Positions 10,173-17,831 are shown, counted from the stretch's first letter. The stretch: 32,000 nucleotides of DNA from Psychrobacter cryohalolentis K5 (GCF_000013905.1 NC_007969.1:240001-272000); one strand, 5' to 3'. A program made the numbers and translations. Notes: generated by a model from the sequence alone, not told the origin.

Positions 10173-12155
10173 TTAGAAATTCATAAGTTTTCTAGTTCTC
10201 CACCTATTTCCATTTACCAACGATTCAAAGTCACCGTTCTCAAGAGCTAAGTTATCTACATGGTCAGTTACAATTATTTGAGGTGAAAATCCAAACTCTT
10301 CATTCAGAGAAATACAATAGCTATTTAGTTGATTGAAGATATTTGTAACAGATTTCATATCTTCGTCAAGCTTTTTATCTTCTAGTCCTTCAACCCTTTT
10401 AATATCTTCTGTTGAGAAGTTCTCCTTCGTGTCACGGCTAAAATTTGGGAAATAAACTTGAGTTGGTTGGTCTAAGAATAATATAGAAGGGATTAAGCAG
10501 TCTTCGCCTAAAGAGACAAAATATTTATGTAATGAAAGAAATAATGTTAAATGAGTATATAACCAATTAGCACCACTACCCATTGACCTCAAGTATATTT
10601 TTTTATTCTTATCAGTATCATCATGGTACAAGTCAAAACTATTCAAAGAGAATTTCAAATTTATTGGATCATAAGTTTTTTCGAAGTCAAACTCATTGCC
10701 GATATCATACATATATTCATTTATGGTTTTCTCCGCTTCTTCTATAAAGTTAATAATATTATATTTTTTAAGCTCGCCTGTTATAGCTTGCAAGTCTTTC
10801 CTAAGCTCTATAAGTTGCGAATCAATTTTGGTATCACTAGAAGGGTTAATTAAGTCAATAATACTAAATAGCTTGTATTTCTGATTATATATTGCTTCGG
10901 AAAAATCTTTTCTTTCTCTAATCACTTCATTAATACTTTCAAGTTCCTTCTTTTCTGCTTGTAAGCTTTTAACCTGTTTAGTAAGTTTTTCAGCGTGTCT
11001 TTCAGTATCTGCTAATAGTGTCTGAAGAGGAGCGCGCATTTTTTCTGTTAGTCTAAGTGTTTGGTTAAGTTTTTCAATCGCTGTTTTAAGCTGTATAGCC
11101 GATTTAGGTAACTCGCTATGCTTAGTCTCACATAAAGGACAGGTGGCATCAAAAACTTTAACCGCTTCTTGATCAACAAGTTTTTCTGAGGTTAGTAATT
11201 TATCCTCTTGATTTAATGAGTTTTTAATTGAAGTTATTTTATTCTTTGTATGGTTTAGTTCAACAATTTTTTCGGCATGAGATTCTGAAATAGCTACATA
11301 ACGCTGATGGAATATATCTGATGAAGAGTCAAAGTTATCAGGATGCAATATGACATGAAGTCTATTTTTACTTTCTACAGGGTTAGATATAATACTTTTC
11401 AATTTAATAGGTTCTTTAGGAAACCTCATCAGTGCATACATGTTTTTCAGTTCGGGCTCTAGCTCTAGCTCTTGCTTTTCCTTGTAATAATTAAGCACTT
11501 CTTTCTCTTTTTTTAGTTTCTTTATTTCTATCTCAATAGCTTCTTTATTTTTCATCTGTAGAAAATAGTCTTGGTTTACAAATCCTAAAAAAAACTTAGT
11601 ATGTTTAATAACTTGTTCACGCTTTTCTTTTTGATCAAACCGATAGAATAAAGCGTGCTTATTTGCTATTAAATTTTGATGTTGAAGTAAGAACGACATA
11701 TAACTACGTATTGTTGGGCGACTCTCTTTTTGGCCTTTATAAAATGTATCTATTGTAGATTCGTCAATGCTATCTATATCTAAAAGCTCATTTCTCATAT
11801 ACTCCTTGAATTTACTGATAGCAAACCTATCTTCGAAAAATTCTATATTGATTATACTTTTTCTATGTTTCTCTATAGTTCTAGTATAAACCCTATTACT
11901 TTTAGGTTTTCTACCGAAAACATATATTTGATTCGAGATTGCCATACAAACATAGTAAATTTGAGCGTTGTCAGTAATTACACCTTCAGGAATAGTGTCT
12001 TCCGAGCTTCCTAAGCAATAGTCGAATATTTCGATTAACGCACTTTTACCTGTTGAAGATGCTCCTGTGACAATATTTAGTCCAGCTTTAAAATAAACTG
12101 GATGTTTTTTATCACTATCATCTATTATACCTATTTCATAAATCATTGATCTCAT
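10173..12155 (-). CDS. lmuB: Lamassu LmuB-like SMC/Rad50-type ABC ATPase (DUF3732-like) with central zinc hook
   Basis: Walker A GASSTGKS (res 31-38, nt 12042-12065) followed by IFDYCLGS. K/E/L-rich coiled-coil-like region at about res 190-480 with C339-P-L-C342 (nt 11130-11141) at the protein midpoint. C-terminal SMGSGANW (signature-like), ILFLDQP (Walker B, nt 10464-10487) and IIVTDH (H-loop). The ATG overlaps the upstream stop as ATGA, and a GAGGGTG SD sits 7 nt upstream. Confidence 0.85.
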   Translation of the reverse strand: MRSMIYEIGIIDDSDKKHPVYFKAGLNIVTGASSTGKSALIEIFDYCLGSSEDTIPEGVITDNAQIYYVCMAISNQIYVFGRKPKSNRVYTRTIEKHRKSIINIEFFEDRFAISKFKEYMRNELLDIDSIDESTIDTFYKGQKESRPTIRSYMSFLLQHQNLIANKHALFYRFDQKEKREQVIKHTKFFLGFVNQDYFLQMKNKEAIEIEIKKLKKEKEVLNYYKEKQELELEPELKNMYALMRFPKEPIKLKSIISNPVESKNRLHVILHPDNFDSSSDIFHQRYVAISESHAEKIVELNHTKNKITSIKNSLNQEDKLLTSEKLVDQEAVKVFDATCPLCETKHSELPKSAIQLKTAIEKLNQTLRLTEKMRAPLQTLLADTERHAEKLTKQVKSLQAEKKELESINEVIRERKDFSEAIYNQKYKLFSIIDLINPSSDTKIDSQLIELRKDLQAITGELKKYNIINFIEEAEKTINEYMYDIGNEFDFEKTYDPINLKFSLNSFDLYHDDTDKNKKIYLRSMGSGANWLYTHLTLFLSLHKYFVSLGEDCLIPSILFLDQPTQVYFPNFSRDTKENFSTEDIKRVEGLEDKKLDEDMKSVTNIFNQLNSYCISLNEEFGFSPQIIVTDHVDNLALENGDFESLVNGNRWRTRKLMNF

Positions 12156-12607
12156 GGGTTCACCCTCAATCCTTTATAAATTTCAGTAATGGATAAACCA
12201 CTAAATAATTTTCCTAAATTTGTAGCCTGCTTATGTATTTGTTTTTTATCGTAGTTTTCGTTAGCGATAATTCTTAAAGAAGATTCGTCAACAGTCATCC
12301 AATCATTAACTATGCAATAACTTAAGCTTTGTGCAGATAAACGTTTTAAAGCGTCAAATCGCTCTTGTAAATCATAAAATTCTTTGGGATTATCGAACTT
12401 GGTAAAAAAGGTTGAACGACTTTTGCCAGATAATCTCACCGTATCTAACTTTTTAGACAGTTCAGGATGACTACATATCGGTATAATAAGTGGAAGTAGT
12501 AATATGTTTTGCTCTACTTCTTCCAATGAGTTGTAGAATGATACAATGTGACTTCCATACTTGAAGGGGTTGTAGTAGTAGGTGTGAACGGCGTCAATCA
12601 TATCCAC
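12152..12607 (-). CDS. lmuC: Lamassu LmuC-like / ABC-three-component middle subunit (small adaptor); the call rests on position and size
   Basis: 151 aa, sandwiched without spacer between the nuclease and ATPase genes. GTG start at 12607 with a GGGAGA SD 8 nt upstream (alternative ATG at 12601). The stop overlaps the lmuB start. I recognise no catalytic motif. Confidence 0.6.
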   Translation of the reverse strand: MDMIDAVHTYYYNPFKYGSHIVSFYNSLEEVEQNILLLPLIIPICSHPELSKKLDTVRLSGKSRSTFFTKFDNPKEFYDLQERFDALKRLSAQSLSYCIVNDWMTVDESSLRIIANENYDKKQIHKQATNLGKLFSGLSITEIYKGLRVNP

Positions 12608-13744
12608 TTAGTCTATCTCCCATTTTAACTCATCATTTTCATCATCCATAGAGTTATGAATTAAGCCGTTTTTATATGGTTTTGGAGTCATTTCACACTC
12701 TTGAACTTGTTCTGCTGGCTCGTCAATGAACTCATTATATAGAATTTTTGCACAATCTATCCTTGGGTGATTTGGATATAAAAGCGAAGCATTTTGATAT
12801 TTCCTTTTAAATTTCCTTATCAAATCACTCTTATATGTTTTAGTTATTTCTCTATATTTAGGTGATCGTACTGACTCATCCAATAAGGTATTCGTAAATT
12901 CAGCGTAGTTTCCTACAGCTTCAGGAATTTCGTCATAATGCTCTATATCTTTTATCTTTTGAACGAAAAGTGATTCATTATGCTTTAATAAGTCAACGTC
13001 TGTTGCTAGTGCTCCAGTAAAGGGAGGAAAAGAAAACTTTCCTCTACTATATTTACTCGTTAAGTCTTCAAGCCTATCTTTAAAATCATGCTGATTTATG
13101 AACCAGCTATCTTTATCCATTTTTTCGTAAACCCAACCAACAATCCCTTCGAAGTATTGATCTATATTATCATCAGGAATCCCCACTAGTTTGTTAATTA
13201 GTTTCATCTTCAAACTATCTATATCATCTGCGCTGTCATTAATTAGCATCTTACCTAATATATCTTTGATTCTTGCACTATTAGAATCACTAAAGATAAT
13301 TTGCTGAAATTTCAAAACACCTTTAGCGTCTTTCTTTATTTTTTCGGCACCAGTTCTTTTATCATAAATACTTCTTATGATAGCTAGTTTTTCATCAGGA
13401 GTTTTGGAGTTCCAACCATTGAGTTGGCTTGTTTTTGATGTAGGCTGAGTTGTATGAAGAATTAAAAAAGCATACTGTGTATGATCAAAATCATCTTTAA
13501 GCCAATTATTCAGTGTATTCCAAAAATTAGCGTGACCGTCAGTAAGAAAGTCCGTTTGATCGTAATGTTTACTTTCTATTTGTTCATTATTTTCTAATTC
13601 ATTGCCACGTATACTTATATCACCATCACTTTCAAACCAAATTGACTGACCTTCATTCAACTCAAAACACTTTTTAATACCAAGTAAAATCTGATAGTGA
13701 AACCCTCGTAAAGTAGGTAGTACACTGTTTTTAGTTGAATTCAT
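12608..13744 (-). CDS. lmuA: Lamassu LmuA-like effector: N-terminal PD-(D/E)xK nuclease (Cap4/DUF4297-like) plus an unassigned ~250-aa C-terminal domain
   Basis: GFHYQ (res 14-18, nt 13691-13705), then WFE38SD40GD42 ... QIE57SK59 (nt 13568-13633), which is the D...(D/E)xK arrangement. First gene of the operon. 378 aa. Confidence 0.75.
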   Translation of the reverse strand: MNSTKNSVLPTLRGFHYQILLGIKKCFELNEGQSIWFESDGDISIRGNELENNEQIESKHYDQTDFLTDGHANFWNTLNNWLKDDFDHTQYAFLILHTTQPTSKTSQLNGWNSKTPDEKLAIIRSIYDKRTGAEKIKKDAKGVLKFQQIIFSDSNSARIKDILGKMLINDSADDIDSLKMKLINKLVGIPDDNIDQYFEGIVGWVYEKMDKDSWFINQHDFKDRLEDLTSKYSRGKFSFPPFTGALATDVDLLKHNESLFVQKIKDIEHYDEIPEAVGNYAEFTNTLLDESVRSPKYREITKTYKSDLIRKFKRKYQNASLLYPNHPRIDCAKILYNEFIDEPAEQVQECEMTPKPYKNGLIHNSMDDENDELKWEID

Positions 13745-14106
13745 TATGATACCGCGTTTAAATTTAAATCATAAGTTTTAGATGAAATTAAGCTTAGCAC
13801 TTAGATGTCATACTTTACAACTAATGTTTAGACTAACTTATAGTAGATGAATTTACTCAGTACATAAAATAGATAGAGCTTGCGACTTATAGAAATACTA
13901 AGGTGATAACTTGAATCAATAATGTACTGGGTCTCGTCCCTCGACACAGACCTACAATTTTTTATCGTCTACGTTTGGAATTAATATCTATAGATCTGTC
14001 CGCTCATAATCAAGATTATCTCAAATTATGCATAACTGCTATATAAATTAAATATCTGCTAATAGCATCGTCAACCATAATTTAAAAATGAGCGGAGGTA
14101 TTAAAA

Positions 14107-14301
14107 CTATTCACTCTTCAAAACCTCCTTAGCCTCAGCAATCAACTCATGAATCTTCGCGCTTTCTTTTAGTACACAAGCCTCATACGCAGAGAGCGGC
14201 TCGGCTTCCTGCTCTTTTTCTTGCTCCTGTTTGGCTTTTTCTTCTAGATACTTCTGTAGCTCGTCTTGCTCATTTTGCTCGTTGTATTGAGAGTTGCTCA
14301 T
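14107..14301 (-). CDS. small acidic hypothetical protein (64 aa, predicted helical)
   Basis: ATG preceded by a strong AGGAGA SD 8 nt upstream. Lies 29 nt downstream of the amiD stop on the same strand. Host-like base composition. E/K/Q-rich. Confidence 0.55.
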   Translation of the reverse strand: MSNSQYNEQNEQDELQKYLEEKAKQEQEKEQEAEPLSAYEACVLKESAKIHELIAEAKEVLKSE

Positions 14302-14330
14302 GGCTTATGTCTCCTAATATTTTTTATCGA

Positions 14331-15215
14331 TTAATAAAAGTCATCACGACCAGCATACTTCTTATTGAGTGCCTTTAATATTGCATAAGTTTCTAAATCT
14401 AGCTCGCCCGTTGGCTGCTGTGGTCTAAAATGCAATTGAAAAGCATACACGACATTGCGACTGGCTTTATCCCATGCGTCTGTGTCATTGATTTGATAAC
14501 CGTAATCGCGAAACGCTTGCTTAATCTCAGGTATCGTTACCGCTGCAAACTCGTCTTGATTCATAAAGTATTGCTTATCAAATTCATCATACCAAGCGCC
14601 AATGCCGTAATCGAAATACAGTCGCTGCCAAGGAAATTTTGCACCGGAATCGATTTTACGCGAGGGTGCCATATCCGCATGACCGATTATATTCTTTGCT
14701 GAGATATTATATCTTTTTGCCAAGTCTTGCACCAGCTGCGCCACTTTCTTAATCTGTAATTCATTAAATTCAACATAATGCTCATAAGGATGATAGTCGA
14801 GCGCGCCGTTTTTTAAGGCGTCTCGATATTTAGGCTTAATGCCTGCATTGACAATCTCGATGCCGATAGAGGTATCGTTGAGTATCGTTCTACCAGCAAA
14901 GCCGCCCGCGCCAGCATGCCAAGCACGTTCGCTTTCAGGCACTAAGTTATAAATTTTATTATCGTTATTATCCAAGATCAGATAGTGGGCGCTCACATTT
15001 CCAGTGGTCAGTGTTTTTATAGATCTGGCATTATCTGAGACGGTGTAGTGCAGGACTATGGATTTAATCCGCTCGCTTTTGCCAGTGGCTTGATAGGTTT
15101 CGCTATCAATAACGAAGGGTTCAGTATTCGCTATTTGGGTGTTATTAGTGGTCACGCAGCCAACTAAAGGCAGCGTTAAGGCACATGCTAATGCTAAAAA
15201 GATATTTTTTGCCAT
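14331..15215 (-). CDS. amiD: N-acetylmuramoyl-L-alanine amidase, AmiD-like lipoprotein (amidase_2 + PG-binding domain)
   Basis: Signal peptide with lipobox LPLVGC. Amidase_2 features HYTVS, AWHAG, IGIEIVN and IIGHADMAPSRKIDSG. The C-terminal segment WDKASRNVVYAFQLHF...LDLETYAILKAL resembles PG_binding_1. Confidence 0.85.
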   Translation of the reverse strand: MAKNIFLALACALTLPLVGCVTTNNTQIANTEPFVIDSETYQATGKSERIKSIVLHYTVSDNARSIKTLTTGNVSAHYLILDNNDNKIYNLVPESERAWHAGAGGFAGRTILNDTSIGIEIVNAGIKPKYRDALKNGALDYHPYEHYVEFNELQIKKVAQLVQDLAKRYNISAKNIIGHADMAPSRKIDSGAKFPWQRLYFDYGIGAWYDEFDKQYFMNQDEFAAVTIPEIKQAFRDYGYQINDTDAWDKASRNVVYAFQLHFRPQQPTGELDLETYAILKALNKKYAGRDDFY

Positions 15216-15221
15216 GAAATG

Positions 15222-16022
15222 CTAACCCTTTTTAATCTTCTTTGCCAAAACCTTCTTCCAACTCTCTTCCAAACACTCAATCGCAAGCCAAGGTTCAATA
15301 ACTTCTGCGGCAAATTTCTCTTTTGAGTTTGATAACTGCCACAGTTTCTCAAGTGTCGCAAAAGGATAGGGGCGTTCGATTAAATATACCGGTAAATCAG
15401 CGCTGATCATGCCATCACGAACGACTTGAAAATACCAACCAGCGATGCCTTGTTTGCTGACCCAAGACGCAATATTTGGCACTTTGGTAAATTGTCCGAT
15501 TTGGTCATTGATTTTGTAGCAGGGGCGGCGCGGTTGGACGATACGTAATTGCACGCTGTCGCCACCATTCCCATCAATGCTTTCATCTTGACCATACTGA
15601 AAAACGTCACCAATACAAACTGTCGCTTCCGTCATTTCTAGCAAACCATTTACTGCTTCTGTAGTGAGGTTTTCACCCAATGTGCCAACACGCACTTTCA
15701 AGCTAAACTCTGCATTAATCTTGTCATAAGTCGCCGTCGCTAGTTGATGTACTGCTTTTAGTGGACCACCATGATGACGTCTATCGGCTTGCTCATCAGT
15801 TGTGAGACCCATAAAGTTGACAGCGACGTGTGCTTTGATTGGTGCTTTATCGATGGCGCTCATTTCTTCACGGGTAAATGGCATGGCTTTGCCAGCGCGA
15901 ACGCAGGTGAGGGTAGCGATATGGAGCGGCAAGGTTTGGTTAAAGTCAGCAGTATTTTTTTGGCTAGAAGATGCTATCGTTTTTGAGTTTATAGGTTGTA
16001 TGTTCATAGGTTCTAAGTTCAT
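15222..16022 (-). CDS. MOSC domain-containing protein (YiiM-like)
   Basis: HHGGPLKAVHQ, GTLGENLTT, IGDVF and VQPRRPCYKIND (conserved MOSC Cys). AGGAA SD 7 nt upstream of the ATG. The stop lies 6 nt before the amiD start. Confidence 0.8.
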   Translation of the reverse strand: MNLEPMNIQPINSKTIASSSQKNTADFNQTLPLHIATLTCVRAGKAMPFTREEMSAIDKAPIKAHVAVNFMGLTTDEQADRRHHGGPLKAVHQLATATYDKINAEFSLKVRVGTLGENLTTEAVNGLLEMTEATVCIGDVFQYGQDESIDGNGGDSVQLRIVQPRRPCYKINDQIGQFTKVPNIASWVSKQGIAGWYFQVVRDGMISADLPVYLIERPYPFATLEKLWQLSNSKEKFAAEVIEPWLAIECLEESWKKVLAKKIKKG

Positions 16023-16184
16023 AAGTCATTCCTAATCTATAGGGATTTATTAGGGGAGAGGTTATATCGATATTGGTATTAATAATGCGTATTATCTTAG
16101 CTTAATCATTCCTCTAATGGTAAGAATTCAGCCGTTTAAAATTTAACCGTATTTTGAATTTTATTAGCACAGTAAATTTTAGAC

Positions 16185-16218
16185 AAAAAAAGACCAGAAT
16201 AGATATCTGGTCTTTTTC
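16185..16218 (-). terminator. rho-independent terminator after rsfS (bidirectional shape)
   Basis: Stem AGACCAGA (16191-16198) / TCTGGTCT (16206-16213), flanked by an A6 run and a T5 run. Confidence 0.75.
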
Positions 16219-16244
16219 TTAAGCAGCTTTGGCAATAAATAAGA

Positions 16245-16658
16245 TTATTTATTTTTATTACGACGACCAGCTGTTTTCTTCTCACGCGGTACAGCAACCA
16301 GCTCAGCCAATTGTTCAGGCGATGACCATAGACCTTCTAGGTCATAGAACTCACGGGCTTGTGGCGTCATCATATGCACGACAACAGCGCCCAAATCAAT
16401 CAATGTCCAGTCAGAATCGATACCGCCTTCACGACCTAGTGGCATAAAGCCACCCAGTTTGGCTTCAGCGCCGACACTGTCAGCCATTGCACGTACATGG
16501 CGCTTTGAGGTACCGTCAGCGATGATGATACGCTCCATTACGTCTGTCAATGCTGCTACATCCATTACGGTGATGTTCTTAGCTTTCATATCGTCTAGCG
16601 CGGTTTGAACAAGGGTCAAACATTCTTGTAAACGTTCGTCAGTCATGGTGTTGGTCAT
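16245..16658 (-). CDS. rsfS: ribosome silencing factor RsfS (iojap-like)
   Basis: ITVMDVAALTDVMERIIIADGTSKRHVRAMADSV and DWTLIDLGAVVVHMMTPQAREFYDLEGLW are typical RsfS blocks. It lies downstream of nadD, which is the conserved nadD-rsfS pairing. Confidence 0.9.
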   Translation of the reverse strand: MTNTMTDERLQECLTLVQTALDDMKAKNITVMDVAALTDVMERIIIADGTSKRHVRAMADSVGAEAKLGGFMPLGREGGIDSDWTLIDLGAVVVHMMTPQAREFYDLEGLWSSPEQLAELVAVPREKKTAGRRNKNK

Positions 16659-16798
16659 AAATTTTAATCTCTTGAATCGTAAATATTAAAAATAAAATGG
16701 TAAATCGTCACAATGCATTCTCTAACGAGCCAGATAGAGGCAGACGTTTTTTGAGGAAAAATGATCAAAGTGGGCAAAATTAAAAGTATAAGGCGATT

Positions 16799-17707
16799 TT
16801 AACGGAATTGAGCAGCAGAATATAGCTGATGGGCGATAATATATTGATAAACAGCAGGATTTAGCCATTTAGCTAATGAATTGGGTGCAGTATTGCCTAT
16901 GATATCATTTATTGGTTGTAAAGATGCAATTTGCATGTCAGTGCTGTGCGTTATATTTAATGATTGAGGTGCTTGCGGCAGTTGTTGATAAAGCTGCTGA
17001 CGTATGTGTGTGCTTGATATTGCTGTCACAGGGCGTGGGTCGATATAAATATGACCTTGATGGCTATTTTTTACACAAAAGCTGTTTGTTAAAGATTGAG
17101 GGTTAGCGGCTAATAATTCAGTTATAGAATCGATGGTTAAAGGTTGTAGCAGTTTTGGAAGTTGGGATGTTAAAGAGTGGTGCAACTCAGTCTTAGAGAC
17201 GTTTTTATCAATTTTGATATCAATATCTATATCGCTATCAAAATTTTCTTGACGGTCAAACACCCATAGACTGACATAATCAGTCAGTTGCAGCCCATTT
17301 TTCCAGTGTTCTAAACTACGCGCGCTGTCCATCCCCATGACAAATATCAGACTGTCATGCGGGTAGCGTGTGCGCAGTGTCTGCACACTATCGATAGTAT
17401 AGACAGGCGGTGCTTGCCACAGCTCAAGCTCGTTAATGTATAAGGGCGACTGTTGCGTTGCCAGCTTTAGCATCGCCAGACGATGCTTAGGATCGGTGCT
17501 ATCTTCTTTAAAAGGCGAGCGCGCATTGGGCAGCAACGATACGTACAGTTCGCGCTGTTGCTGCTGTGCTATTGGTAGCAAACTTTGATAAACGGTCATC
17601 GCCATTTGTAAATGACCCTGATGCACAGGATCAAATGAGCCGCCCAAATAAGCACGGATGGCAGACTTAGTATTTTGGCTTTGATAACTATCAGAAGTAT
17701 TTGACAT
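16799..17707 (-). CDS. nadD: nicotinate-nucleotide adenylyltransferase (extended form, 302 aa)
   Basis: GGSFDPVHQGH ((H/T)xGH motif) and ISSTHIRQQL (ISST-x-IR motif). Carries extra N-terminal, internal (DSDIDIDIKIDK...) and Q-rich C-terminal segments. Confidence 0.85.
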   Translation of the reverse strand: MSNTSDSYQSQNTKSAIRAYLGGSFDPVHQGHLQMAMTVYQSLLPIAQQQQRELYVSLLPNARSPFKEDSTDPKHRLAMLKLATQQSPLYINELELWQAPPVYTIDSVQTLRTRYPHDSLIFVMGMDSARSLEHWKNGLQLTDYVSLWVFDRQENFDSDIDIDIKIDKNVSKTELHHSLTSQLPKLLQPLTIDSITELLAANPQSLTNSFCVKNSHQGHIYIDPRPVTAISSTHIRQQLYQQLPQAPQSLNITHSTDMQIASLQPINDIIGNTAPNSLAKWLNPAVYQYIIAHQLYSAAQFR

Positions 17708-17831
17708 AAATGAGTGAGTAAAAACTCATGCAGATGAGCGTTGTAGTTGATTTATTTTAAATCGACTATAGCATGTGATTATTTACTTATCCCGACTATC
17801 GATTTTATTATGCTTAATTATACCGTTTAAA

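Larger units (their letters stand above)
9966..14106. other. AT-rich genomic islet (putative horizontally acquired defence islet) between the purL terminator and the amiD cluster
   Basis: Spot G+C counts of 60-nt lines: 19/60 at 10561-10620 and 19/60 at 13201-13260 inside the islet, against 34/60 at 9181-9240 (purL) and 26/60 at 14821-14880 (amiD). All three islet genes are non-housekeeping. The flanks are core genes. Confidence 0.6.

Noticed and set aside
10623-10884. Two overlapping + strand ORFs (76 and 62 aa) antisense to the ATPase gene
   Set aside because: Their I/F/L/Y-rich products are expected from the reverse complement of an AT-rich, K/E/N-rich gene. They have no start signals.
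13986-13995. 10-bp perfect palindrome ATCTATAGAT in the islet leader, as a possible operator
   Set aside because: Contiguous 10-bp palindromes are expected tens of times by chance in 32 kb, especially in AT-rich DNA, so it is not significant on its own.
15407-16035. Alternative-frame and antisense ORFs (68-77 aa) inside the MOSC gene
   Set aside because: They are nested in a gene with clear MOSC motifs and have no independent support.
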